From Octopus vulgaris (Eukaryota): a DNA stretch of 64,000 nucleotides. Positions 13,024-26,010 of the stretch are shown here, piece after piece (position 1 is the stretch's first letter; the number at the start of each line of letters is the position of its first letter). The stretch spans positions 28,706,001 to 28,770,000 of the forward strand of contig OX597829.1 of NCBI GenBank assembly GCA_951406725.2. The letters are read 5' to 3'. Under the pieces are notes generated by a model. The model was not told where the DNA came from. It did no database searches and saw only the letters and a list, made by a program, of their open reading frames with translations. A program made the position numbers and the translations under genes.

Positions 13024-14339
13024 AGACCTATAGGTAACAAATGATACTGCTTGTATGACAGTGACATCTGTTTACAGCAATGATGCAATGTCAAAACAAA
13101 GACACACACACACACACAAATACACATGCACACAATGGCCCATTTTCAGTTTCCATCTACCTATTCCATTCATAAGGCTTTGGTTGGACTGAGGCTCTAG
13201 TAGAAGACCATTTTGTCCACGGTGCTTTGCAGTAGGAATAACCCAGAACCACATGATTTGGAGGCAAGCTTCTTAACCACATAAAAAAAATTAATTTTGA
13301 ATGTTGGAACATATCTGTCCATTGATTGAATCAATTAGACAAAGTTACAAAGCTAATTTAAGCATGACTTGAACACAGAATGTAGATGGGGCAGGACTGG
13401 AAAAAAAAAAAAAAAGAAGTAGTAGTATTTTTGTCTCTACTGCCTACCAATACTGCAGCTTCCATCAATATGTTAGGATAACAAGTTTTAACATTTAATA
13501 GCAATAAGACAGGAAGGAAAAAAAAAAAAGCATATACACACCCACATAAACAATAAGAGAGAGATGACAGTAGGAGGTAGAGAATGTAAAGGTAGAGAAA
13601 GAGAGAGAAGGGGGAGAGAAAGATAAAGATGAAGAAAGGGAAGAGGAGGAGGAGGAGGAGGCAAGAGGGTGAGGTAGAGTAGAGAAAGAAAATACATTTT
13701 CACAGTAAAAATGTAATTGAGTGTGACTGGTTAAATGGTTTCGATGGTAGGTGGGGTATAAAATTAGAGTCCTAACGAATATTTTTCAAGGAAATTATTT
13801 CTTTTTCTCGGACAAATTAATCCAGAGTACTTAACTGAAGGAGAATTTTATGTATGTGTACATGCATGCATGTCTGTTTGTATGTGTGCATGTATTGTAC
13901 ACAAGTGTATGTAGGTGTGCGTGTGCGTGGATGGTTCATATTACGTAACTACATATTAATTTCATGAGAATATTGTAAATAACACAATTTTTTTTTTTTA
14001 AAGTAAAGAAAATAAGGCCAAAAGGAAGTTACAGCTAATCACAAATATTATAATATTTCTGTTAACATTTAATTATTTATTTATGTATTTTAATTTATTT
14101 TATATTTGCAATTTCTAAACAATAATGTCGCCTGTTCTAGAAGTGGTGGGAGGGAGAGGGTCCTCGACAAGATCACAACTGATAGGTGCCGGGTACTCTG
14201 TAAAGCGACAAGGACTTGTTTACCCACTTCATGGGTCTTCATTTCATAAAGACTAATAAAAGAAAACAATTTCTTTTATTGTCCCACAAGGGCTCAACAA
14301 ATATACATACATACATACATACATATATACATATATATA

Positions 14340-14377
<38 letters not shown>

Positions 14378-14589
14378 CAACCATGAGATAGCTTTGGTCT
14401 CAATCCCTCAACATGGCATTTTGCTTGAGTTCTTTGCCTCGGTTTAATATCCAAGCATTGTGGGTGAATCTGGATGGATAGAAAATATATAAAAGTCTTT
14501 TGGATGGGTTGTACGTCTAACTCAGACAGAAGTTGAGTTTTGTCACACACACACTAGTTCTGAGAATTAAAGGATAAAGCTTCTTCCCT

Positions 14590-15120
14590 GAGTCATTAGG
14601 TTCATAAGGCCAGTTTCCCGGCTTATGAACAGGATGCCAGTCTATCACAAGATTACTCAATTTTGCCAGATGAGTGAATTTAAGAAACATGAAATGAAGA
14701 CTTTGAGGAACACTACGCTATGCTCGGTCCTGGAATCGAAACCACAATCGTATGATCATGAATCCAACACACTAACCACTAAGCCATGCACCTCCACACC
14801 TGAGATACAGATATCTGTAGTTGAAGGCTCAGTGGTGAGAGTGTCAAGCTCACAATCATAAGGTAGTGAGTTCAATTCCTGGATTGGGTTGTATGTTGTG
14901 TTCTTGAGCAAGGCACTTTATTTCACGTTGCTCCAGTTCATTCAGCTGTAGAAACAAGTTGCAACATCACTGGTGCCAAGCTGTATTGGCCTTTGCCTTT
15001 CAGGAGTTTGGTATGCATGGGAGACTGCTGGTCTTCCATAAACAACCTTGCACAGACTTGTGCCTTGGAAGGGAACTTTTTAGGTGCAATCCCATGGTCA
15101 TTAATGACTGAAGGGGTTCT
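14590..15120. mobile_element. Head-to-head pair of tRNA-headed SINEs (family S4): 14590-14795(-) and 14826-15120(+)
   Basis: Pol III-like heads (GGCTCAGTGG...GTTCAATTCC; GGCTTAGTGG...TTTCGATTCC). Related copies at 21540-21875, 21883-22090 and 27878-28118. Confidence 0.75.
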
Positions 15121-15261
15121 TTATAGATGTCTGCAGAATACTCAACCATTTCATATGCTAATCCAGAGAGAAAATAATTTAGTTTGACAGAATGTCAAAA
15201 TTAACAGGAGGGCTCACAATCAATTTTAGAAAGGACCAAAAAAAAAATTTGTTTTTTGTTT

Positions 15262-15867
15262 TTAAACCTTTCAAATGTAACCTGCCCGAGACCACCATTG
15301 GTTCTGTGATACAAACTTATTTTTTAAAGCAATTTAAATTAAAACCTTCCATCAAAATTTCATGTTAATTTAAGTTCTAAATGTGGAAGCACTCCGTCGG
15401 TTACGACGAGGGTTCCGGTTGATCCGATCAACGGAACAGCCTGCTCGTGAAATTAACGTGTAAGTGGCTGAGCACTCCACAGACACGTGTACCCTTAACG
15501 TAGTTCTCAGGGATATTCAGCGTGACACAGAGAGCGACAAGGTCGGCCCTTTGAAATACAGGTACAACAGAAACAGGAAGTAAGAGTGAGAGAAAGTTGT
15601 GGTGAAAGAGTACAGCAGGGACCACCACCATCCCTGCCGGAGACCCGTGGAGTTCTAGGTGCTTTCGCTCAATAAACACTCACAACGCCCGGTCTGGGAA
15701 TCGAAACCGCGAGTCCGCTGCCCTAACCACTGGGCCATTGCGCCTCCACTCAAGTTCTAAATACCAGCTTAATAACAAGAAAGTTATTTTACTGAATTCA
15801 TCATTATTTTCAAAATTTATTGAAAAGGCAGCGTATTTCAACAGATATATTGTTAACAGAGGGTTAA
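15262..15867 (+). mobile_element. piggyBac-type MITE family B hosting a SINE insertion
   Basis: TTAA-ACCTTT...AGAGGG-TTAA ends; internal sequence matches 6744-6902. Confidence 0.65.
15383..15751 (-). mobile_element. Young tRNA-headed SINE family S3 with an 11-bp target-site duplication
   Basis: A-box TGGCCCAGTGG and B-box GGTTTCGATTCC; CpGs retained; AAGTTCTAAAT at both 15372-15382 and 15752-15762. Confidence 0.9.
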
Positions 15868-16349
15868 TGACATGAATGATACACCATGGTGTGTATTCAA
15901 CTGTATCAGTCATGTTCTGAGTGTAGGTGTGTATGTGCATGTGTGCATACACATGAGCCTCTCTATGTGCATGCATACAAGCCTTTATACGTGTGTGCAT
16001 GCAAGTGTATGAAAATGCTACTGTGTAATTTGCAGCTCAGCCCAAGTATTTATTAACTGATTATGACTAGCCAACATAAGTGTCAATGTATGAACGAATG
16101 AGAATAAATTGCACACCATAACTATAACCTTGTAGCGTGAAAGGACAAACTACGCATTTCCATACACAGCTTAGCAGATACAGCATTGATCTATAATGTT
16201 GTTTGTTTATTTATTATAGCTGTGCTAATATTTTGCTTATTCAAATAGGAGTGTTCTTCAGCACATATCATATCGCAGGACGATGGGTGGTGTATGTAAT
16301 CAGGCTTAACATTTTTTTTTCTTTCTTCTTTTTTAATTCAGGTGGATGC

Positions 16350-16994
16350 AAGCATGGCTGTGTGGTTTCAGGTTAAGTCTATCTCCGTGGTACATTGGAC
16401 AAGTGATAACCAATACCTTGCAGAAGCTGGTAGCTGGAAACTATAAGGAAGCCTGTTATATGTGTGTGTTGTATGGTACATTGGACAAGTGATAACCAAT
16501 GCCTTGCAGAAGCTGGTAGATGGAAACTATAAGGAAGCCTGTTATGTGTGTGTGTTGTATATATGTTTCTCACCATTTGACATTCTGTATTGGTTTGTTT
16601 ATGTCCCCATAACAGCAAAATCAGAATTAATACAATAAATGCAAGACTTTGTGCTGAGGCTGATTTGTTTATCTAAACCTTTCAGGATATGCTCCAGCAT
16701 GGCCAGAATCCATCGACTGAAACAATTAGGAAAATAATAAAAGAACTCTTTTACTTTTTTTCTGTTTCAGTCTTTTGACTGTTGCCATGCTGGAGCAACA
16801 CCTTCAAGGCTTTCAGTCGAACAGACCTCAGGCTTATTATATTGGTCACTTTTGCCGAACTGCTATGTTAGGGGGAAGTAAACACACCAATATCAGTCGT
16901 CAAGTGAAAATGAGAAGACACAAAGATACACATACACAGATATATATGTATGTATGTGTATGTGTGTATATATATGTGTGTGTGTGTATATATG

Positions 16995-17036
<42 letters not shown>

Positions 17037-17178
17037 GCTTCTTTCAGTTTCCGTTTAGCAAATCCACTCACAAGACTAGCTCAAGACTAGAGTAGAGGAC
17101 ACCTGCCCAAGGTGCTATGCCATGAGATTGAACATGGAACCATGTGGTTGGGAAGGAAACTTCTTACTACCCAGCCAG
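16350..17178. mobile_element. Tail-to-tail S1 SINE pair: degenerate 16350-16745(+), with an internal 86-bp tandem duplication, and 16750-17178(-)
   Basis: TGCTCCAGCATGGCC...ACTGAAAC on the plus strand, followed by GTTTCAGTC...CCATGCTGGAGCA. 16388-16473 is repeated at 16474-16559. Confidence 0.7.
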
Positions 17179-18055
17179 TGCTGTTTCTAATTTAGGTTCA
17201 AGGACAGCAACTTTTTTTTGTGGGATGGGTTTTGGAGGAGGATATGGCAAGTATACCAATGACATCAAACCCAGTACATGACTGGTACTTTATTTATTGA
17301 TACCCCCCCCCCCACCTCCCTGGAAAGAATGAAAAGCAAAGAATTTGAACTCAGAATAGGGGAAAAAAACTTAGAAAGCAGCAATTAAAGCCATTTACAG
17401 ACTATGTAAAAAAAAAGTATCAATGGTAACTCTACATTATTGCAAAATTTAAATGAATATAATTGACATTGAAGATTTGCAGCCCAGCAGTAAAGTTGTG
17501 AAAGAAAAAAAAGCATATTTCTTTTTTAGGCTCAGTAGTCATGTGGTTAAGGAGTTGGCTTTGCAAACACATGGTTTTGGGTTCAATTGTACTGCCCATC
17601 ACCTTGGGCAAGTGTTTCTATTATAGCTCTGGGCCAATCAAAAGAGACAAATAGAATAAGCACCAGACTTAAAAAGACAAATACATTGAGGCATTGTCTG
17701 ATGATAGGATGACACCTTTCCTGTCACTAACCCTCTTCTATTTTACATTGATGGTATGAAGCAAGTGGGTGATTTATTGACAAGAGTTCTATTCTTGTGA
17801 ACATTGTGACATTCATAAAAACAAGCAGCAGATGTAAAGCAACACACACACAAAACAAGTTTCTATCAACCAAATCCAACTGGAAGGCTTTGGTCATTCT
17901 GTGACTATAGCAGAAGATACCCACCCAGCAGTAAGACTAAACCTGAAGCCACTTGGTTGCAAACTGAACTGAGCTTTACATTCATGCTAGTGGCTATAAT
18001 ACATAATAAATTTGATATTTCAATAAACATATTCTTATTTCTCAAAATTCAGGCA

Positions 18056-18545
18056 TGTAATGAGCAGGTCAAGTGAGTGATGTGGGAGGTAAGAGGTGGA
18101 TCAAGTGTGTAATGTGGGGCATGGGCTGCGATTAATGTGGGGTGCAGATCAAGAATGTAATGTGGGGCATGAGTCGAGTGTGTAATGTAAAAAGTGGGTC
18201 AAGTGTATAATGTGAGAGGTAGGTAAAGTGTGTAATGTAGTAGGGTAGGTCAAGTGTGTAATGTGGGGCATGGGTCAAGTGCATATAGGATGTGGGTCAA
18301 GTGTGTAATGTGGGAGGTAGGTCAAGCGTGTAATGTGGGAGGTAGGTCAAGTATGTAATGTGGGACATGGGTCAAGTGCATAATGTGGGATGTGGATGAA
18401 ATGTGTAGTATGAGCAGTGGGATATAAGCTTGAATGTGACACGATTGGTGAAGTAAGTCTCACAGTAATGTGTGTATGTGTGTGTGGTGGATAGATCAAG
18501 AGTGTAATGTGAGTGACAAGTCAAGCGTGTAATATGAGTGATAAG
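18056..18545. repeat. 25-bp G/T-rich minisatellite (GGTCAAGTGTGTAATGTGGGAGGTA)
   Basis: GGTCAA recurs at 18295, 18320 and 18345 (period 25); roughly 18-20 degenerate units. Confidence 0.85.
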
Positions 18546-18728
18546 GTGTATGGTGATAGGGTGAAACAATGTACGTTGTGTCAGCAGAAAAAAGAAAAAA
18601 GAACTGAAACATGATTATTATAAGTCTATTGTGCAGTGTGTGCTGTGCCAGATCACATATCCTTCATGTGTACATATATAATATAGGTTAATGTGCTGGT
18701 GTATCTCAGGCAGGCAACATGGTTATGG

Positions 18729-18935
18729 TATAGTATATAGTAAGACAGCAGGGTAATGCAGTTAGTAGGAGAGGTTAAGAGGGTAAAGGAGGAGGGTGAA
18801 ATACTGTAACTGAATAAATTAAATTAAGAAATCTCTAAACTTCACTTAATTTATTCAGTTACATTCCACCCTCCTCTTCTACCTTCCCAATCTCTCTTAC
18901 TAACGGCGATACCCTGTTGTCTTTACTATACTATA
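18729..18935. repeat. Imperfect ~90-bp inverted repeat (foldback/MITE-like)
   Basis: Arms at 18729-18822 and 18846-18935, including a perfect TGTAACTGAATAAATTAA/TTAATTTATTCAGTTACA core. Confidence 0.8.
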
Positions 18936-20437
18936 TAATAGGAGTTGTGCCAGGTCAAATATCCTACATGAGTGTAAGGCAGTTGACATGTTTGTTACTC
19001 AAAAGTCAACATCTCAATGCAAACTGATGAAAATCCCACATATACCTGTGTATTTAAGCTGATTATGAATATAGAGTAACAGTAGCAAAGTGTCGCAATA
19101 CTTATTTGTAACCAGTAGCAGTTGAATCTGTAAGTGTTTTAAACCTTCAGTACAATAACAGGCCTTAAGGATCTATTTCTCTTTGTTTTAACTCGTGTTT
19201 CCATATTTTTACATATATATATGGAGAGAGAATATACTAGTGATATAGGTAATAATATTTAAGTGAAAAAATACTAACAAGAACAACAATAATGAATGAT
19301 GAGTGATGATGGTGGTGGTGGTGGTGGCAGCTGATGAAGGTGCAGTTGGTGTTGATATTGGTGGCGGTCATGACAAGGACGACAGTAATGATGGTGGTGG
19401 TGGGGGTGGTGACAGTGACAATCAAGGCAGAATTGTCAGAGCCTGCCAAAATCACACAAAATGCCTTGTGGTATTTATTTCCTTATTTCCAGCTCTTTAC
19501 ATCATAAATTCAAATCCCACCAGGGTCAACATTGCCTTTCACCCCAACCCCCATCAGGGTTAATGAAATGACATACCAGCCAAGTATGGGGGGGGGGGGG
19601 GTCATTGGTAGTGACTAACCTGTTTGCATTAAATCTGCTGGCCTTGTGCCTAAAGTAGAAATGATGATGATGATGATGATGGTGATTTAGGTCATTAGAA
19701 TTTAAATGTACAAAACAACACCCACCTTCCCTTTTTGTCATAATCCTTCATGTTAATGTTGTGTGTAACCCAGTTTTAGAATAAGGTGCACCGTAACCCT
19801 TGTGTGTTGTATAAGAGGTGAAGAAAAAGTTGACATGAAGAACAGCATTTGACCATAAAGCACTGCCCTCAAAAAAAAAAAAAACAGGAGACCCATGATA
19901 AGTTATGATTAATACTGATGTGGTAGGGAGGTGGGTAACAAGATTGAAAATGATGAACCTTGCTTTAGCAGGAAAAAAATAAATAAAAACTAAAAAGGAA
20001 ATAAATAAAATTAAAAAAACGGCCTTCAAACGATAGATGTTGTAATCTTTCATGTCACGCCATTCAATGGGGGTGGAGATGGGGAAGAGAGGAGGATGGG
20101 GGCAGATCTGTTTTGTTTTGGGTTTTAACAATCTCTATTCAGTAGAAGAGAAGATAAGGGGAAAAGATAAGCATGAAAGAAGGAGAGAAAAGGAATAATG
20201 AAATGAAGGAAAGAAAGAGAAAGAGGGAAATGGAAAGGAAAAAAAGTGGAAGGAAAGAGAAAGGGGGAGAAGAGAGAAGGAGAATGCTATTGGTCTCCAA
20301 GTAAAACATGAGTATGAAGTTGGTTTGACAGAGTTACTACAACCAGATAGGTAGATAATAAGACAGTCAGATATCTATATATGAGTGTGTGTGCATGTGA
20401 GTGTGTGTATATATATATATATACACATACTATTTAT

Positions 20438-20582
20438 AACTGTTTGATGAATGGTCACATGAAACTCTGAGCAACAGTTTGTGAAGATTTTTTTGCAGCT
20501 TTAATAAATAGTGCATTACTCTACCTCTGGTATTCGAGTACTATTTTTCTCACCTTGTTTTGCATCTTTGTGCTTACTTGTG
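20438..20582 (+). mobile_element. PLE-type terminal repeat (family H2) with a degenerate hammerhead at 20438-20479
   Basis: AACTGT-TTGATGA-ATG-GTCA-CAT-GAAA-CTCTGAG-CA-ACAGTT. Downstream sequence aligns with the reverse complement of 57950-58050. Confidence 0.7.
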
Positions 20583-20589
20583 AATGTAT

Positions 20590-20819
20590 ATATTCATTCA
20601 TATATATATATGTAATTCGGCAGGAGGACTTAAACGACATGCAAAGGTACATGAAGCCCAGTTACAACTACAGCCGGCTACTACCAGTAAAGGTTTTAGT
20701 TGCCAATTCTGTACAAGACATTGTAGATCTTTGGCTGGGCTAAAAAGTCACATTCGATCACAGCACCAGTAACAGTTAAGCTTCGTGCAATGGCCATACT
20801 CGATAATGAGGGGGCAGCC

Positions 20820-20824
<5 letters not shown>
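20590..20824 (+). mobile_element. 3' end of an RTE-type LINE encoding C-terminal C2H2 zinc fingers
   Basis: ORF 20584-20772 reads CNSAGGLKRHAKVH...FSCQFCTRHCRSLAGLKSHIRSQH. The AGLxSH finger is typical of RTE C-termini; there is no TGEKP linker. Confidence 0.6.
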
Positions 20825-20876
<52 letters not shown>

Positions 20877-21060
20877 TCATATTAGTGCCAAGCAGTGTTT
20901 AGGCATAAGCGAAGTTTAGGTTAGTTAAAATATTTCAACAGCTAGAAAACAAATTCACTGCAGTTACTGTAGAGGAAATTTTTCTCTTGTGGTAAAAAGG
21001 TGTGAAAACACCCTGACTGTTCAGCATCACCATCTATCAGGATTCCCAAGAGCAATGAGA

Positions 21061-21118
<58 letters not shown>

Positions 21119-21539
21119 CATACCACTATACAAATAGATAGATAGATGAATACAGAGAGACAGACAGACAGATATAGACTTGTGTTTCTCAAACCATTTT
21201 TGTCCCTCATTCCACTTTGATATTCAAAAAAAAAAATGTGCCACCACTATGAATGGACAAATTATCTAACATTCATGCATAGATACATACATTTATTGAA
21301 AAGTGGTTTTAATTAAAACTTAATGGCAAGTTTTATTCACTTGCTGACAATCTGACAACCAAACACCATTCCAACCATTATTCTATGTAAGCACTCATCT
21401 TTCTATGATAAAGTATTCTTTCAAAGATCACTTGATTATTGAAGGGAAAGAGTAGAAGTGGACTTTACATTTTATATTAAAAAGAAAGAACAGTCGACAA
21501 CTACTACATATATATTACACACAAATATCTAGTAAAAGT

Positions 21540-22090
21540 GCATGGGTCAGTTGTTAGAGTGTCAGACTCACAATCATGAAATAGTGAGTTCGATTCTCAG
21601 ACCAGGTTGCGTGTTGTGTCCTTGAGCAAGACACTTTATTTCACATTGCTCCAGTTCACACATCTGTAGAAATGAGTTGTGATGTCACTAGTGCCAAGCC
21701 GTATCGGCCTTTGCCTTGGATAACATTGGTGGTGTGAAGAAGGGAGGTTAGTATGTATGGTGACTGCTGGTCTTTCATAACCAGCCTTGCCCAGACTTGT
21801 GCCTCAGAAGGGAACTTTCCAGGTGCAATTCTAGATGCAATTAATTTCATTAATGACCAAAGGGGGTCCTTACCCTTCTATATGGAGGCACATGGCTTAG
21901 TGGATAGGATGTGGAACTCACAATCATAAGATTGTGGTTTCAATTCCTGGATCCAGCAGTACATTGTGTTCTTGAACAAGGCAATTCATTTCACATTGCT
22001 CTGATCCACTCGGCTGGCAAAAATGAGTAATCATGTAATGAACTGGCATCCTGTCCAGGTGGGGAACTATGGAAACCAGGGAAACTGACC
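21540..22090 (+). mobile_element. Two tandem S4-type SINE copies
   Basis: Both have tRNA-like heads and the TGTGTTCTTGAGCAAG...TTTCACATTGCTC body seen in 14826-15120. Confidence 0.7.
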
Positions 22091-22091
22091 C

Positions 22092-22480
22092 TGTGGCTAT
22101 GTGGTAAGTAGCTTGCTTACCAACCACATGGTTCCGGGTTTAGTCCCACTGCATGGGTAAGTGTCTTCTACTATAGCTTCGGGCCGACCAAAGCCTTGTG
22201 AGTGGATTTGGTAGACGGAAACTGAAAGAAGCTCGTCGTATATATGTAATGTATATATATGTATGTGTCTGTGTTTGTCCTCCCGCCAAACATCACTTGA
22301 CAACCAATGCTGGTGTGTTTACGTCCCCCATAACTTAGTGGTTCAGCAAAAGAGACCAATAGAATAAGTACTAGGCTTACAAAGAATAAGTCCTGGGGTC
22401 GATGTGCTCGACTAAAGGCAGTGCTCCAGCATGGCCGCAGTCAAATGATTGAAACAAGCAAAAGAGTAAAGAGAGAGAGA
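22092..22480 (+). mobile_element. Near full-length S1 SINE
   Basis: GTGGCTATGTGG...GGGTTTAGTCCC head, central (TA/TG) tract, and GGCAGTGCTCCAGCATGGCCGCAGTCAAATGATTGAAAC tail. Confidence 0.85.
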
Positions 22481-23747
22481 GAATGCATCCTTATCCTTTT
22501 AATATACATATATACACAAATATATGCATAGATATATGGTCATTTCAACTATGTAACCATGCACATGCTTTTCTTGGCCTATTCTTTGCCTTCTCTCCAG
22601 ATCTTTCCTTTCTTTTCTTTCTGATGAAAAGCCATGCTCAAAAAACGTGACACCCCCACCACCTTCTGTCAAATCATCCGACTCATGCCAACATAGAGAA
22701 ATAAACAATATACGTGGTAGTAGTTGTGGATCTCTTTTAGATGAGGAAGATTCAGTTATCCATCTGATCAGCAGAATTATCTATGAATTGAATTAGCTTG
22801 TAAGTGGTAGAAAATTCCACAAACATATGGTCTACCCTTTACCTATTCTCAAGTAGAATCAACAGGACACCATTTATGACAAAGATGTACTTTTAAATTA
22901 CAGGTACGGTCCATCTGAAAGGCTTCAGTACAATTTCTGCCCTACCTAATTTAATCCTCAACATATGGATTGACACAAGGCTATGGAAAGTTTGATCAAG
23001 ATGCTACATAAGACTAACTACATGACCTTGTGGTTGTGAAGGTAATTTCTTCGCTATTTGGGTAGAATGCATCTACAAACATACACTCATTTTATGTTCA
23101 ACACACTGAGAATCAGAGAAACTGAAGCAAATTAAATATCATAAAGCCATTAACTATGTTTGTGTGTGTGTATACATACATATATTTAATAACAGTTTGA
23201 CTTAGCTCCATATGACTTAAAATGTCATGGGCATGCAAGACAGGCCCATCTCATTAGATATTAGGAGAAGAGTGAAAGATTTAAGATAAATTCAAGATGG
23301 CTTCTTAGATGTTATGCCTTTATTGGCCAGCTTAGGTTATGTGTTATGTAGTGTTAATGCTGTGAAAGCAACACCAGCTATTTTCTTTATTCTTAGGTAC
23401 ATGTGCTTGGACAGGATATTGGTGCCACTTTGGCATCAGGCTTCAGTATACTGTGTGTGTGTGTGTCTCTGCATATTATATCATCATCATCATCGTTTAG
23501 CGTCCGCTTTCCATTCTGGCATGGGTTGGACGGTTCAACTGAGGTCTGGGAAGTCAGAAGGCTGCACCAGGCCCAGTCTGATCTGGCAATATATATATTA
23601 TTAGAATTATAATTTAGAGTATCTAAGAGATACCAACACACAGGAAATAGCAGCCAAAACTTGACTCTAAAACCACATTAAATATTCATACAGCACCAGG
23701 AGAGAAGACAAAGAGACAAAATAAACTAGCAAAAACATTACTGGATA

Positions 23748-23806
23748 ATTCCAGATCCTGGATTTCTGACTCTGCATAAGAAATGCTCTGCCTTCATCAG
23801 TGGAAT
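23748..23806 (-). ncRNA. Candidate type-I hammerhead ribozyme with intact core (family H3)
   Basis: Minus strand: ATTCCA-CTGATGA-A-GGC(AGA GCAT TTCTT ATGC AGA)GTC-A-GAAA-TCC-A-GGA-TC-TGGAAT. Helix I is 6 bp, helix III is ATCC/GGAT, and the cleavage triplet is AUC. Confidence 0.75.
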
Positions 23807-23984
23807 ATACTCAGATAGCACATAAATACAAATATATATATATATACAACATACGATATACTTACACATACATACATATATATGCATGTATGCACACGAC
23901 CAGTTTAAATAACGATCTTATCCTTATTTGTATAGATATATATATATATGAGAAGTGACTGAAACCTTTAGTGATACGCAGTGC

Positions 23985-24197
23985 TTGAGAAGACTTGTCG
24001 ATGCCGGTGTCACGTAACTGGCACATAAAAGCACCCATTACACTCTTGGAGTGGTTGGCATTAGGAAGGGCATCCAACCCTTGAAACCATGCCAAATCAG
24101 ACTGGAACTTGGTGCAGCTCTCCACCTTACCAGTTTCCAGTCAAACTATCTAACCCATGCCAACATGGAAAGCAGATGCTAAATGATGATGATGATG
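23985..24197 (+). mobile_element. RTE 3'-tail fragment with (GAT)n
   Basis: GGCACATAAAAGCACCC...TTAGGAAGGGCATCC...AAATGATGATGATG. Confidence 0.75.
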
Positions 24198-24922
24198 TAT
24201 TACACACACACACCACATTTTTCTGTGCAGATATGTTATAAACTAGTTGATGCCTTGCAAATATCTGTCCAGCTATTTTTTAAATATTTTAATTTAGCTC
24301 AACCTATACATTGCTTATAACCAACTCATCTCCACAGATCCTGTATCCCTTCATTCTATATCATATTTTAGACAAAATGTGTCTGGACTGAGCATACACT
24401 GTGTGTACCTATTGCATATTTTTTTGACATTTTCTTCCCTATAAATATATATATATATATAAACACATAAAAGCACATGATGTTAATAGTGTAATTGGGA
24501 TGGGTGGGTTAGTTGGTTAAGAGGTGGAGATAAAGGAGAAGGTGGTGCTGGTGTAGTAATAACGATGGTATGATAGAGTAGAAATGTTTTCATACCAACA
24601 ATAGGTGCAAACGGTGTTTTCACATGACAAAAGCCTCAAGATAACCAGATATGGCAGGTGTTTATCTGTGTTTGGTTTCATAATAAATTTTAATTAAGAC
24701 CAGGTAAGATGTAATGAAAAAAATAAAAGCAGGTTATAGAGAGAGCTCTCTTTATTATAATTAAATAAAATAAAACAAAAATAACAATATTATTAAAAAT
24801 AATAGCAATAGAAGTTATATTAATATAAAATGATTTTGCTACTGCTTATAATAATTTTACTAATTTTCATAGTACTAATAATTTAAGTACTATTACTGCT
24901 AATAATAACAGTCATAATTTGA

Positions 24923-24954
<32 letters not shown>

Positions 24955-25189
24955 GTAATGATAATAATAATCATCATTTAACATCCATTTTCCATGCTAG
25001 CATAGGTTGGACAGTTCGACCGGGGTCTGGTAAGCCATGGAGGCTGCACCAGGCTCCAATAATAATAATAATGATGATGATAATAATAATAATGATAATA
25101 ATAATAATAATAATAATAATGGAAAACACTCGATGAGAAACAAGAAAATTTGAAGAAAGAAGGAAAAAATGATAATAATAATAATAATA

Positions 25190-26010
25190 ATAATCCTTTC
25201 TACTAAAAATAATAGGTCTGAAATTTTGGAGGAGGGGACTAGTCGATTACACTGACCCCAGTGTTTCACTGGTACTTAATTTATCAACCCTGAAAGAATG
25301 ACAGGTAAAATTGACCTTAGCGGAATTTGAACCCAGAATTTAAAGAGAAATGCTACTAAGCATTTTGCCCAGCATGCTAACAATTCTGCCAGCTAGTCTT
25401 ATTATTATAATTATTAATAATAATAATAATAATAATCCTTTCTACTATAAGCACAAAACCTGCAATTTGGGGCAAGGGGACTACTTGATTACCTAGACTC
25501 CAGAGCTCAGCTAGTACTTATTTCATCAACCCTGAATGGAGGAAAAAAAGCAAAGTTGACCTTGGTGGAAGTTAAACTCATACAAAAATCTGCCAAGCAT
25601 TTAATCTGGCAAAACAGTTTTGCCAATAATAATGGTTTCAAACTGTTAGCACCAGACCAGTAACTTTAAAGGGAGGGGCTTTAGTTGACTACAATGACTC
25701 CAGTGTAGGACTTGTACAATATTTTATTGAGCCTCGAAAGAGAAATGGTAAAGTTTACCTCGGTGATATTTGAACTTGGAATGTGAAGAGCTGGAAGGGC
25801 TGCAAAGCATTTTGTCCAACAGGCTAATGATTCTACCAGCACAAGGCCAATAACTTTGAAGAGATTTGGGAGGGGGGATGGGGTTAATTACAATGACCCA
25901 GTACTTGACTAGTACTTTATTATATTGCCCCACACCCCAATGAGGATGAAAGGCCAAAATCGATCTTGGTAGTATTTAAACTCAGAATTGGGAAAGCTAA
26001 AAGAAATGCC
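25190..26010 (-). mobile_element. Head-to-tail cluster of four S2 SINEs
   Basis: Repeated units (plus strand) CTTTCTACT..ACAAGG..GGTACTT..GAAAGG..TGACCT..ATTTGAAC..AAGCATTTTG..ATTCTGCCAGC, separated by (TAA)n. Confidence 0.75.

Noticed and set aside
15690-15748. Functional tRNA genes at SINE heads
   Set aside because: A and B boxes are present, but there is no complete cloverleaf and each continues into a SINE body.
20584-20772. Host C2H2 zinc-finger gene exon
   Set aside because: No TGEKP linkers, an AGLxSH finger typical of RTE C-termini, and it is followed by a LINE-like short tail between microsatellites.
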